From: Sphingomonas sp.
GTDB taxonomy: Bacteria; Pseudomonadota; Alphaproteobacteria; Sphingomonadales; Sphingomonadaceae
DNA length: 64,000 nt
NCBI GenBank assembly: GCA_019753375.1
Contig: JAIELC010000011.1
Coordinates: 10,096 to 74,095, forward strand
Reading direction: 5' to 3'
Under the pieces are notes generated by a model. That model worked only from the letters and a program-made list of their open reading frames with translations. It was not told where the DNA came from and ran no database searches. This document shows, piece after piece, positions 30,133 through 39,521 of the stretch (within the stretch, counting starts at the first letter, position 1; each line of letters starts with the position of its first letter). A program made the position numbers and the translations under genes.

Positions 30133-30863
30133 CGTCGCGCCCGATCAGCCAGCGCCAGCACGGCCGCTTCGAGCGTGGGCGCCGCTTCGGCTTGAATCAG
30201 GGCGGCGGGGCTGGTCTGCGTGTGCGCCACGCCGCCATCGTAAAGCAGGATCGACGGGCATTGTTCGGCCTCGATCAGATCATGCGTGCTGATGATGACG
30301 CCGTGGCCGGCAGCCGCAAAATCGCCGATCCATGACCAGATATCGCGCCGGGTGGCGACATCCAGACCGGCGGTGGGTTCATCAAGCAGCAGCAACGCCG
30401 GCGCGGCCAGCACCGTTGCCGCAAACTGCACGCGCCGAGCCCAGCCGCCCGACAACGTCCCGCAACGCTGCCCGACAATATTCCCGATCCCATAATGGTC
30501 GATGGCATGCGCAATCGCGACACGCGGCTGGGGTAAGCCATGGACCGTGGCATGAAAGCGCAATGTCTCCAGCACCGTCAGATCCGGATACAGGGCGAGC
30601 TTTTGCCCCATATAGCCAATCCGGCGGCGGCGATTGTCGTTGGACGCGCCAATCGGGCTGCCCAGCACGCGCCCATCGCCCTGGTCGGGCCTGATCAGGC
30701 CCGCGATCATCCGCAGCGTCGTTGTCTTGCCGCCGCCATTGGCACCGACCAGCCCGACAATCTGCCCGGCATCGAGCGTCATGCTCACCTGGCTGACGAC
30801 CATTCGCCCGTCATAGGCCTTGGCCAGTCCCGTCACGTCGACCATCCGGTCAGGCATGGACAT
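30129..30863 (-). CDS. ABC exporter ATP-binding subunit
   Basis: GANGGGKTT, LSGGW, LLLLDEPT; start 30863 or 30857, overlapping the upstream stop. Confidence 0.92.
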   Translation of the reverse strand: MSMPDRMVDVTGLAKAYDGRMVVSQVSMTLDAGQIVGLVGANGGGKTTTLRMIAGLIRPDQGDGRVLGSPIGASNDNRRRRIGYMGQKLALYPDLTVLETLRFHATVHGLPQPRVAIAHAIDHYGIGNIVGQRCGTLSGGWARRVQFAATVLAAPALLLLDEPTAGLDVATRRDIWSWIGDFAAAGHGVIISTHDLIEAEQCPSILLYDGGVAHTQTSPAALIQAEAAPTLEAAVLALADRARR

Positions 30864-31887
30864 AGGCAAGCCCGCCATACATATATTTGGAAGCCTCGGC
30901 GCCCAATACGACCGCGCGCTCGCCCGCCCGGATGGCCGTGTGGCGCAAATCATCCAGCGCAAGCCAGATCGCCGCCGATCCGGTATTGCCCAGCCGGTCG
31001 GCGTTGACGAAGGCCCGTTTTCGGTCGATGCCGAAATGGTCGGCAAGCTGATCACCGATCCGCCCACTGACCTGATGCGGAATTATCCAATCCGCATCCT
31101 CAATGGGATTGTCCAACGTCGCGGCCATGGCGCGCCCCGCCTCGAACAAGGTGTGGCCCGACGCCCGGATACCGGCAAAGTCATGCTCGAAATGCTGAAC
31201 CCCCTGGTCGAGCCTGATCCCCGGTGCCCGGTTGCGCCCAATGGCCCCATACCAGGCGGCGTCGATCGATGCCGCGCCGCGGCGGGCGCCCGACAGCACG
31301 ATCGCGCCCGCCCCGTCCCCCATCTGCAGCATGTTGACGATCTGGCCATTGTCGCTGGCAAGGCTGATGGGATCAAAGAACAGCGACCCGGTTTCGGAAC
31401 CGACAATCACGATCGGCCGGTCGGGCGCGGCCGCGATCAACCCGCTGGCAATCATCAGCCCGTTGGCAAAGCCGGTACAGGCCTGGCGAAGCTCGACATG
31501 CGGGCCATCATAGCCGATCAGATCGGCGACCGTCGCAACATTGCCGGGGAGCAATTGCTGAGGCGTGGTGGTATGCGCAATCAGATAGCCGATATCCCCG
31601 ACCGCAAGGCCAGCGTCGCGCAGCGCCGCCGTGATTGCCTGCGCGGCAAGATCGGGATTGGCGCGCCCCGGGATCGCGCATTCGCGGCCAGCGTCGAACG
31701 CACGGCAAATATGCCGCGAGCTGATCCCCATCCGCGCCGCCACCGCCGCCGCCCCGCGCACTCCGGAGAAACTGAACCGTTCGGCCAGCAAGGCCAGCAA
31801 GGCGTCGGTCGATACCGCATCGCCAGGGAGAGCGGCGCCGGTACCCAGAACCGCCATTGGTGCGATACTGTGCCAGGCACCGGTCAC
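30850..31887 (-). CDS. KAS III (FabH-like) ketosynthase
   Basis: Cys-His-Asn triad in ELRQACTGF, IPHQ, GNTGSA; MGDGAGA; GTG start overlaps the upstream TGA (GTGA). Confidence 0.88.
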   Translation of the reverse strand: MTGAWHSIAPMAVLGTGAALPGDAVSTDALLALLAERFSFSGVRGAAAVAARMGISSRHICRAFDAGRECAIPGRANPDLAAQAITAALRDAGLAVGDIGYLIAHTTTPQQLLPGNVATVADLIGYDGPHVELRQACTGFANGLMIASGLIAAAPDRPIVIVGSETGSLFFDPISLASDNGQIVNMLQMGDGAGAIVLSGARRGAASIDAAWYGAIGRNRAPGIRLDQGVQHFEHDFAGIRASGHTLFEAGRAMAATLDNPIEDADWIIPHQVSGRIGDQLADHFGIDRKRAFVNADRLGNTGSAAIWLALDDLRHTAIRAGERAVVLGAEASKYMYGGLAYVHA

Positions 31888-32594
31888 GCCGCGAACAGCC
31901 CATCGGGCAATCGCGCCACTTCCGCCAGCAGCGGATCCGGATCCAGCCCCAGCGCCTCGATCGAATCGCCGGCCAATCCCAATATCGCCGCCAGCGCGGT
32001 GCGCGACGCGGCAGCAATGTCGTTCAGTTCGGAGCGCGACATTGACGCGAGCGCAAGCGTCCGCGACACGCGGACGTGTCGCGCCTCGTCCTTGTGGATG
32101 CGCACAAAAATAGCCGCGATCGCCGGATCGGCCCGCAACGCGCCCCCCGGCCGCAGCAAGCGGCCCAGGACCGTACACACGGCGGCGTCAATGGCAGCAA
32201 TGCGGCCAAGATGCGCGGTTGCACCACCGCGACCAAGTTGAATGTGAAACCGCCGCGCCGCCCGCATCAACCCGACGCGACGCTCCGCGCCCGGCAAGCG
32301 ATTGGTGAGCTGCGCCAGCAGCCGGTCATGAACCCGCTCTTCGGCGGCGATCGTCGCCAGCGCGTGCGATGCCACCGGATCGGCCGATGTGCTGGCCAGA
32401 CCATCAAAGGCCAGCGCGGCCGCCTCTTCACCACAGCCAAGCAGCGGAATAAGCGTCCCAAGCCCCAGCGCGGCGCGATCGGACAGCAGAACCGGTGGCG
32501 AAACCGGCGTCAGCGGCACCAGCGGCACTGGCGGCGGCGATGCCCGGGCGAAACAAAAGGCTCGATCAACGCCGCCCTTGAAACCCCCTGTCAT
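31884..32594 (-). CDS. Ferritin-like diiron-carboxylate protein of unknown function
   Basis: GEE..., EERVH, D, DEARH ligand pattern in helical repeats; AGGAG RBS at 32601-32605. Confidence 0.75.
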   Translation of the reverse strand: MTGGFKGGVDRAFCFARASPPPVPLVPLTPVSPPVLLSDRAALGLGTLIPLLGCGEEAAALAFDGLASTSADPVASHALATIAAEERVHDRLLAQLTNRLPGAERRVGLMRAARRFHIQLGRGGATAHLGRIAAIDAAVCTVLGRLLRPGGALRADPAIAAIFVRIHKDEARHVRVSRTLALASMSRSELNDIAAASRTALAAILGLAGDSIEALGLDPDPLLAEVARLPDGLFAA

Positions 32595-32634
32595 CAAATA
32601 CTCCTGCTCGTCGCCGTGGCTGCCGCAGCCTACT

Positions 32635-32661
32635 TTCGCAAAACAGCACCGGAAAGTTACA
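32635..32661 (-). promoter_or_regulatory. ECF16/SigF-type promoter TGTAACT-N16-CGAA
   Basis: Minus strand reads TGTAACT ttccggtgctgttttg CGAA, about 40 bp upstream of the ferritin-like start. Confidence 0.7.
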
Positions 32662-32871
32662 AAAAGGCACCAATTGATCATGGCCGACCCGTAGTTCTTG
32701 CTACGGATTCGAACAATATCAACGTTCTGTCTCGTCCATCGCGTCCAATCAACGTAGAATTTCAGGCTCGATCGTCCCTTTGAAATTGGCTAATAGACCG
32801 ACAGCCAAGGAGCGATAAAACTATCAACCAACCAGGTCGGCTAGTCGAGCCCAAGCGGAGAACGAAGTCTA

Positions 32872-33801
32872 GTGGCCATGGCAGACCAAATGGCAGATTG
32901 GTTCCATACCACCACTGGACTGACCCCTTATGATGCGATCGGCTGGACGACCCGGCCCGATGCGTTTGTCATGCCAACGCAGGACCTGCCGGTTCGGGCG
33001 GTCCGGCGATTTGCCAATGAGGGTCGGGAGCCGGTTGTCGCCCGGTCGGTCCAGGAGATCGATCCGTGGGACGCGTTGCTCGTCAACCGCGGCGGTTCGG
33101 GGTTACTGGAACTCACCTTTTGCGGCAAACTTGGCAAAAGCCAGATTTGTCACGATCAGGTCGCGCTGATACCCGCAGGCGCAGATTCGTCGTTTGAATT
33201 TCCACCCGCCGCTGGGTCTTTCACGCTATATTTTCCGACCGGCCAGTTACAGGCTTTGGCAGGTCCGGAAGCGTCGCCCGCCGTACGGCCGATTTTGGGC
33301 GAACGGCACGCCAACATGGCATTGGCGATGGTGAAGGTGGAACGTGAGCTCCTGAACCCGGGCTTTGGATCGGAATTGCTGATCCAAAGTTTGCTGCGAT
33401 CGATCGCGATGATGGTCTATCGGCATGATCCGGCGACGATGCAGGAGACCGCCGAACGCATCCATCTATCCCCGGCCCGGTTGCGCCGGGTGATCGATTA
33501 TGTCGACGCGTGTATCAGCGACCAGATCAGCCTGGATGATATGGCGCAGGTTGCGGGTTTGTCGTCGTTCCATTTTTCCCGGGTCTTCAAGCTGGCGACG
33601 GGGGAAACACCCTATCAATATCTGAGCATGCGCCGCCTGAACCTGGCGCGGCGGCTGCTCGCCCGGGGAGACGCATCGCTGGTTGACGTGGCATTGCACT
33701 GTGGCTTTGCCAATCAGTCACATTTTACCGCCGCCTTTACCCGCGAGGCGGGCATGTCGCCCGGAAAATTCCGGAAGTGCTTCTGGGCAGGGGCGCGCTA
33801 G
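32872..33801 (+). CDS. AraC family transcriptional regulator
   Basis: C-terminal double HTH (LSSFHFSRVFK; GFANQSHFT...GMSPGKFR). Confidence 0.93.
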   Translation: MAMADQMADWFHTTTGLTPYDAIGWTTRPDAFVMPTQDLPVRAVRRFANEGREPVVARSVQEIDPWDALLVNRGGSGLLELTFCGKLGKSQICHDQVALIPAGADSSFEFPPAAGSFTLYFPTGQLQALAGPEASPAVRPILGERHANMALAMVKVERELLNPGFGSELLIQSLLRSIAMMVYRHDPATMQETAERIHLSPARLRRVIDYVDACISDQISLDDMAQVAGLSSFHFSRVFKLATGETPYQYLSMRRLNLARRLLARGDASLVDVALHCGFANQSHFTAAFTREAGMSPGKFRKCFWAGAR

Positions 33802-33895
33802 CGCGTTTTCAGGTCGGGTGAAAACACCCGACGATTTGGAAAACGCGGCAAACCAACAGCCCGGCGCGCAGCAAAGCTGCCGCCCGGCGCGTTTG

Positions 33896-34801
33896 CTAAA
33901 GTCCGAAACGTGCGTGGCGATAAAGCAGGGTGATCGCAACGCGGCGGTTGCGCGGATCAGCCGGATTGTCGCCAACCATCGGCTCGCGGTCGGCGACGCC
34001 TTCGATCCGGTCAAAACGGACTTCACCCAGGCCGCCCTGAGACAAGCGGCGGCGCGTTGCTTCGGCGCGTCCGCTCGACAGCAGCCAGTTGTTCATGCCC
34101 GCCGGGTTGTTGAAGGCAAGGCTGTCGGTATGGCCACGGACCATGATCGTATTGCCAAGGTCTTTCACCGATTCCGCGATCAGCCCGATCAGCTTGTCCG
34201 CCTCGGGCTCCAAGACGGTCGTGCCGAGCGCGAACATCGAATAATCGGCGTTATCGACCAGATCGATCCGCAACCCATCGCGCGTCGGGATAAAACGGAC
34301 ATGGCTGGTTAGCTTGTTCAGCTTCGGATTCGACGCCAGCGCCGCGGCAAGCTGGCGCCGGATCTTTTCAAAATTCTTGCGATCCTCGGCCGCGAGCGCC
34401 CGGTTCTTGAGCGACCCTTCCTGGCCCGAACCCACTTGCGACCCGCCTGCCGCATCGACAGGAATGGTCATCGAGCGGGTGCCGGTCTGCGATGCCTTGT
34501 GCGGATAATTGTCACGGTCGGTCAGCGATGATCCGCCGAACAGCCCGTTCGAACCCGCGCTGTTCTGCTTGAACTCGATCAGGGTGGGAGAGAAATAATC
34601 GGCGATTGATTTGCGCTGTTTTTCCGTCGTCGCGCCCAGCAGCCACATCAGCAGGAAGAAGGCCATCATTGCGGTCACAAAATCGGCATAGGCGACCTTC
34701 CAGGCGCCGCCATGGTGGCCGCCATGTCCTTCGATATAGATCTTCTTGACGATGATCTTGGGCGGTTGATTGGCACCGTGCGGCGCGCGCGCGGTCGCCA
34801 T
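33896..34801 (-). CDS. motB: Flagellar stator protein MotB
   Basis: WKVAYADFVTAMMAFF; GHTD, NWLLS..RA, NRR OmpA-like domain. Confidence 0.95.
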   Translation of the reverse strand: MATARAPHGANQPPKIIVKKIYIEGHGGHHGGAWKVAYADFVTAMMAFFLLMWLLGATTEKQRKSIADYFSPTLIEFKQNSAGSNGLFGGSSLTDRDNYPHKASQTGTRSMTIPVDAAGGSQVGSGQEGSLKNRALAAEDRKNFEKIRRQLAAALASNPKLNKLTSHVRFIPTRDGLRIDLVDNADYSMFALGTTVLEPEADKLIGLIAESVKDLGNTIMVRGHTDSLAFNNPAGMNNWLLSSGRAEATRRRLSQGGLGEVRFDRIEGVADREPMVGDNPADPRNRRVAITLLYRHARFGL

Positions 34802-34841
34802 TAGCTATACCACCGGCCCGAATGGAGACGCCGCACCCCCA

Positions 34842-35705
34842 TTACCGGCCCCGTAAACCGTCAAACACTTCCGCAAACCCTGGCTGATTTGAATGCGCGA
34901 TGCCCGAACGGGCGGCCTCGATGACCAGCGGCTGCGGATGGCCATGCAAAGACGCGATGATAATCTGCTTCACGACGTGATAGATCGCGGCGTCAGCCTC
35001 GATGACCTGTTTCATCCGGTTGGCGAGCGGGGCGACCATACCATAAGCCAGCAGCACCCCCATGAAGGTGCCGACCAGCGCCGAACCGATCATGGCCCCC
35101 AGAATGGCGGGCGGCTTGTCGATCGAGCCCATTGTCTTGACCACGCCAAGCACGGCGGCAACGATGCCAAGCGCCGGCAGCGCATCGGCGAGCGATGCCA
35201 TCGTCCCGGCCGGGCCTTCGGTTTCATGGTGATGGGTCTTGATCATGTTATCCATGACATCTTCAACCGCATGCACATCCAGCGTCCCCGACGACACCAC
35301 CACCAGGCGGAGCGTATCGGCGATCAGGTTGATCAGTGTATGGTCGGCGAGCAGGCGCGGATATTCGGCGAAAATGGCGCTCGATTTGGGGTCCTCGACA
35401 TGCGGCTCAAGCGCGATCGGGCCTTCGGTGCGCAGCATTTTCATCAGCTTCGACACCAGGAAAATGGTGTCGAGATAATCCTGTTTCTTGTATTTGGGAC
35501 CCTTGAAGACTTTCATGAAGCCGCCACCCAGCGCCTTCAGTTCCTTCATCGAATTGCCGATGATCAGCGCGCCCGCGGCCGCCCCGCCGATGATGAGCAT
35601 TTCATGGGGGATCGCTTCCATGACCGGGCCAAGCGCCCCGCCTGTGAACGCAAAGCCACCAAAGACCATGGCGAGCAGGACGACGAGACCGATAATCGGA
35701 AACAT
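34842..35705 (-). CDS. motA: Flagellar stator protein MotA (H+ type)
   Basis: LPALGIVAAVLG and ALVGTFMG motifs. Confidence 0.95.
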   Translation of the reverse strand: MFPIIGLVVLLAMVFGGFAFTGGALGPVMEAIPHEMLIIGGAAAGALIIGNSMKELKALGGGFMKVFKGPKYKKQDYLDTIFLVSKLMKMLRTEGPIALEPHVEDPKSSAIFAEYPRLLADHTLINLIADTLRLVVVSSGTLDVHAVEDVMDNMIKTHHHETEGPAGTMASLADALPALGIVAAVLGVVKTMGSIDKPPAILGAMIGSALVGTFMGVLLAYGMVAPLANRMKQVIEADAAIYHVVKQIIIASLHGHPQPLVIEAARSGIAHSNQPGFAEVFDGLRGR

Positions 35706-35814
35706 GTACCTGCCAACTCCAGTTCGGTTAGGTCGGCCCCCCGACTGGGAACCAACGACGTCTGATGATAGCTATGGACCTGATTTCGTCTTTATTTGGT
35801 TACCAAGACCCAAA

Positions 35815-36717
35815 TTATCGCAAATAATCGAACAAAGAGAGCTGGCTAAACTTGGCAAAGCTCGCCTGGGTCGCCTGCAACACTGTCGACGTCTTCTGCA
35901 ATTCGATGAGCGCGGCGGTCACATCGGTATCTTCGATCGACGATCGATCGGTCGCCCGCGCCAGTTCGCCATCCTGCAGACGGCTGGCTTCAAGATCGAG
36001 CCGCGCACTGCGCGCGCCGACGACGCCGCGCACGCTGGCGACCTGCGTTACTGCACTGTTCAAGCTGTCCAGCACATCGGTTGAAACGGGGCCACCCGAT
36101 TCGAGCGCGGCGGCAAAATTGTTCAGCAGCGCAAACACATCGGTGGTGCCGGTGGCGGTCGGAATGCCGTCAAACACCCGGGCTGCCGCCTGGGTCGGCT
36201 GGATCCCCACCCCATCCCCAATCGGAATTTCGGCCGGATCGCCAACGCCTGTAAACGTCACATTGCCCGCGGCATCGCGCGTCACGGCGGTGTCGCCGGT
36301 CGCCGCGCCGAACAGCGGCTGGCCGCGAACATCCTTGGTATTGGCCAGACCGATCAGATCGTCGAGCACCGCCCGGACTTCGCCGGCGATAATCTGGCGA
36401 TCACCAGCCGATAACGTGCCGTTGGTTGCCTGAATGGCAAGTTCCTGAACGCGTTGCAGCCGGTCGCTGATGCTGCCAAGCGCGGTGTCCGACTGCTGCA
36501 GCAGCGTCTGCGACAAGGTGATGTTGCTGGCCCAGGCAGCATCGTCCGCGGTGCCGCGATTCAGACCCTGCAGCCGCTGATAACCAACCGCGTCATCCGA
36601 TGGCGCAATCAGTTTCTTGCCCGTCGAAATCTGCGTCTGCAGCTTGTCGACCGTCGCTTGCAGCGACGAAAGCTGGGCGTTGGTGCGGTCATAATAGCGG
36701 TTGGTGCTGATCTGCAT
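35815..36717 (-). CDS. flgL: Hook-associated protein 3
   Basis: ISTGKK..PSDD N-terminus, LSLFDYL C-terminus. Confidence 0.93.
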   Translation of the reverse strand: MQISTNRYYDRTNAQLSSLQATVDKLQTQISTGKKLIAPSDDAVGYQRLQGLNRGTADDAAWASNITLSQTLLQQSDTALGSISDRLQRVQELAIQATNGTLSAGDRQIIAGEVRAVLDDLIGLANTKDVRGQPLFGAATGDTAVTRDAAGNVTFTGVGDPAEIPIGDGVGIQPTQAAARVFDGIPTATGTTDVFALLNNFAAALESGGPVSTDVLDSLNSAVTQVASVRGVVGARSARLDLEASRLQDGELARATDRSSIEDTDVTAALIELQKTSTVLQATQASFAKFSQLSLFDYLR

Positions 36718-36725
36718 GGTCGCCC

Positions 36726-38069
36726 TCAGCGGATGTTGAGAATGGTTTGAAACGTGTCCTGCGCCGCCTGGATTACCCGGCTGGACGCCTGATAGGCTTG
36801 CTGAAACCGCAGCAAATCGACCGCTTCGGCATCAAGATTGACGCCCGAGGTCGAATCGCGCGCGGCGATGGCGCCGTCACGAATGGTCGACTGCGCGGCC
36901 GCAACCTGCTGCCGGGCGGTCAGCGTCGACGCATTGGTCGCGACCAGCGCGGTCAACCGGTCTTCAAAGCCGCCCGCGAGCCGCCCCTGCTGCAACACCG
37001 TCAGATTGCTGTTGTCACGCGGCCCGCCACCGACCGACGCCGCGGCAATCGCCCGCGGACTGCTGATCGCGACGCTGATGTCCGTCGGCGTCGCGCCAAT
37101 CGTGAAGAGCGGCGTGCCGGCATTACCGTCAAGATCGCGCCCCTGCGCCTGAAAATCGTTGACCGTGGTCGTGAAATCGCTGGCGATCTGGTTCAGATCG
37201 GTGCGGGCGGCGGCCACGCGCAACGCGCCTTCGGCGACCCCCGCCAGCACGCCACCGGTCGGATTAACCGCCGACGTCACTCCATTGCGGTTGACCGAAA
37301 AGCTGACCGAACCAGCAGCGCTGCGCGCATAATAAACCGTGCCGCTGGTGTCGCCCGACAGAAACACCGGCCCGCTGGCATCGCCCAGCCGCACCGTCAC
37401 GCGGCCGATATCATCGGTGCTGACGCTGACATTGCTGAGCGCGCTTAATTGTTCGAGCAACTGATCGCGCTGATCGAGCAGCTGCGCCTGCGCCCCGCTG
37501 CCGGGCTGCGACCGAGCCAAGCCATTATTGACCTGGCCCAGCGCGGTGCCGATGCCATTGATTTGGGCAACCGAGGTGCTGGCGGTCGTGTCGATCGTAA
37601 CGTTGACCGCGTCGAGCGCCCTGCCGGTCACGCCAAAGGCGCTGGCTGCGGTTGTCGCGGCCTCGATAAAGGCGGTGCGCGGCGTGCTCGCGGTCGGATC
37701 AGCGGCAATCGCCTTTGCGCTATTGAAGAAATCGGTGAGGCTGGTCGACAGCGTGTTGCCGCTAAGCGCGGTCTCGATCCCGCTCAGAAAGGTAACGCTG
37801 CTTTCGGTGCGGGCGAGATCGCTGCTCGACGATCGGACAGCGGATGATTTCAGCTCGTCCGAAAAGCGCCTGATGCCGGTTGTCGTGACGCCATTGCCCG
37901 CCTGTGCGCGCGACGACGCGACCCCCGAAACCGACGTGATTTCCTTCAGCGTTGTTTCGCGCCGCGAATAGCCCGGCGTCGCGGCATTGGCGATATTGTC
38001 CGATACCGTGGTCAGCGCGCTTTGATACGCAAGAACGCCGGTCGCGCCGACGGAGAGCAGATCACTCAT
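36726..38069 (-). CDS. flgK: Hook-associated protein 1
   Basis: NIANAATPGYSR; GVNLDAE...FQQAYQAS. Confidence 0.95.
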   Translation of the reverse strand: MSDLLSVGATGVLAYQSALTTVSDNIANAATPGYSRRETTLKEITSVSGVASSRAQAGNGVTTTGIRRFSDELKSSAVRSSSSDLARTESSVTFLSGIETALSGNTLSTSLTDFFNSAKAIAADPTASTPRTAFIEAATTAASAFGVTGRALDAVNVTIDTTASTSVAQINGIGTALGQVNNGLARSQPGSGAQAQLLDQRDQLLEQLSALSNVSVSTDDIGRVTVRLGDASGPVFLSGDTSGTVYYARSAAGSVSFSVNRNGVTSAVNPTGGVLAGVAEGALRVAAARTDLNQIASDFTTTVNDFQAQGRDLDGNAGTPLFTIGATPTDISVAISSPRAIAAASVGGGPRDNSNLTVLQQGRLAGGFEDRLTALVATNASTLTARQQVAAAQSTIRDGAIAARDSTSGVNLDAEAVDLLRFQQAYQASSRVIQAAQDTFQTILNIR

Positions 38070-38416
38070 GGGGTTGCTCCGTCACTGGCTGCCGGGGCCC
38101 GCAAATCGGGCTGTGACCGGGCAAGGAACGCGACCATTGCCTTGCCAATGCCCAGCGGCTGGTGTTCTGCCATGCTCTGCGCCAGCTTTTGATCCTGCAT
38201 ATCGCGGAACGTATCCGCCGTCTTGGAACCAAAGATGTCGTCGGCAAGATGCGTGCTGCGCATCGCCTTCATCATCATCTGGGTGAACACGGCTTCAAAC
38301 TGCGCACCCGCCTTTTCAAGGTTGGCGCGCGTCGCCAAGCGACTGGTGTCGCTGGTGACGCTCGATACATTGAGCGGGTTTGCGGCGGACGCGATCGGGG
38401 TGATCGGGCTACTCAC
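38066..38416 (-). CDS. flgJ: FlgJ, rod-binding domain only
   Basis: QFEAVF..MMKAMR; no muramidase domain. Confidence 0.85.
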   Translation of the reverse strand: MSSPITPIASAANPLNVSSVTSDTSRLATRANLEKAGAQFEAVFTQMMMKAMRSTHLADDIFGSKTADTFRDMQDQKLAQSMAEHQPLGIGKAMVAFLARSQPDLRAPAASDGATP

Positions 38417-39507
38417 AGAATGATCAAGTCGGCTTTGAGCGCGCCGGCTTCCTTCAATGCTTCGAGGATCGCGACCAGATCGGCCGGTGAGGCGCCAATC
38501 GCGTTCATTGCCTTGACGACATCGGCCAGACGCGGACCTGATTCGATCAGGAAAATCGGTTTCACTTCTTCCGACACGGTTGCCGTGCTGCGCTGTTCAA
38601 CCGCCGTCTGGCCCTGACTGAACGGCGCCGGCTGGCTGATCCGCTGCGATTCATCGACCCGCACTGTCAGCTTGCCCTGCGTCACCGCCGCCGTGCCGAG
38701 CCGGACCGCCGAGTTGATCACAACCGTACCCGTGCGGGCATTGACGACGACCCGCGCGGGCGGTTCCGCCGCCGTCACCGTCAGATTCTCGATCTGGCTC
38801 ATCAGCGCTGCGCGCAGATCGGCGCCTTCGGGCGCGATCACCGCAACCGATACACCATCGATGGCCTGTGCCCGGCCGGGGCCGATGCTGGCATTGATGG
38901 CAGCTGCCACATTCTGCGCGGTCGTGAAGTCGGAGCGCGCCAGATTATAGATCAGCGTCGGGCTCGACGCGAAGCCGGTGTCGACCGCGCGTTCAACCGT
39001 CGCCCCTTCCGGGATGCGCCCCGTCGAGGGAACGTTGATCACGATTTTTGAACCATCGGCGCCGTCAGCGCCCAGACCGCCCACCGCGAGCGAGCCCTGT
39101 GCCATGGCATAGACCTGGCCATCGGCGCCGATCAGCGGCGTCAGCACCAGCGATCCACCGCGCAGGCTTTTGGATTTGCCCAGCGCCGCCACGGTAATAT
39201 CGATGCGCTGGCCGGGCTTGGCGAAGGCCGGCAGTTCCGCAGTAATCAGCACCGCCGCCGAATTCTTCAGGCCCGGGTTGACGTTGGCGGGCAATTGCAG
39301 CCCAAAGCGCGATGCCACGCCCTTCAGCGACTGGACGGTATATTCCAGATTATCATCGCCGGTGCCGGGCAGGCCAACGACGATGCCGTATCCGGTCAAT
39401 TGGTTTGAACGGATGCCCTGAAAGCTGCCGAGATCCTTGACCCGGTCGGCAAGGGCTGGCTGCGCGACAAGCATCGCGGCCAATAGCGCAAGGATCAGGC
39501 GGATCAT
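38413..39507 (-). CDS. flgI: Flagellar P-ring protein
   Basis: NQLTGYGIVVGLPGTGD; ALKEAGAL; start 39507 or 39522. Confidence 0.95.
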   Translation of the reverse strand: MIRLILALLAAMLVAQPALADRVKDLGSFQGIRSNQLTGYGIVVGLPGTGDDNLEYTVQSLKGVASRFGLQLPANVNPGLKNSAAVLITAELPAFAKPGQRIDITVAALGKSKSLRGGSLVLTPLIGADGQVYAMAQGSLAVGGLGADGADGSKIVINVPSTGRIPEGATVERAVDTGFASSPTLIYNLARSDFTTAQNVAAAINASIGPGRAQAIDGVSVAVIAPEGADLRAALMSQIENLTVTAAEPPARVVVNARTGTVVINSAVRLGTAAVTQGKLTVRVDESQRISQPAPFSQGQTAVEQRSTATVSEEVKPIFLIESGPRLADVVKAMNAIGASPADLVAILEALKEAGALKADLIIL

Positions 39508-39521
39508 GGGGAGCGTCCGCA

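Noticed and set aside
30820-32241. 473 aa plus-strand ORF
   Set aside because: Antisense to the KAS III and ferritin-like genes, which have clear motifs and coupled starts
31884-32594. Specific call as aldehyde-deformylating oxygenase, CylC halogenase or AurF
   Set aside because: Only the generic ExxH ligand pattern is visible; expected partners (acyl-ACP reductase, ACP, ligase) are absent
35706-35814. Sigma28 promoter for motA
   Set aside because: TAAA is present on the minus strand but no GCCGATAA-like element at the right spacing
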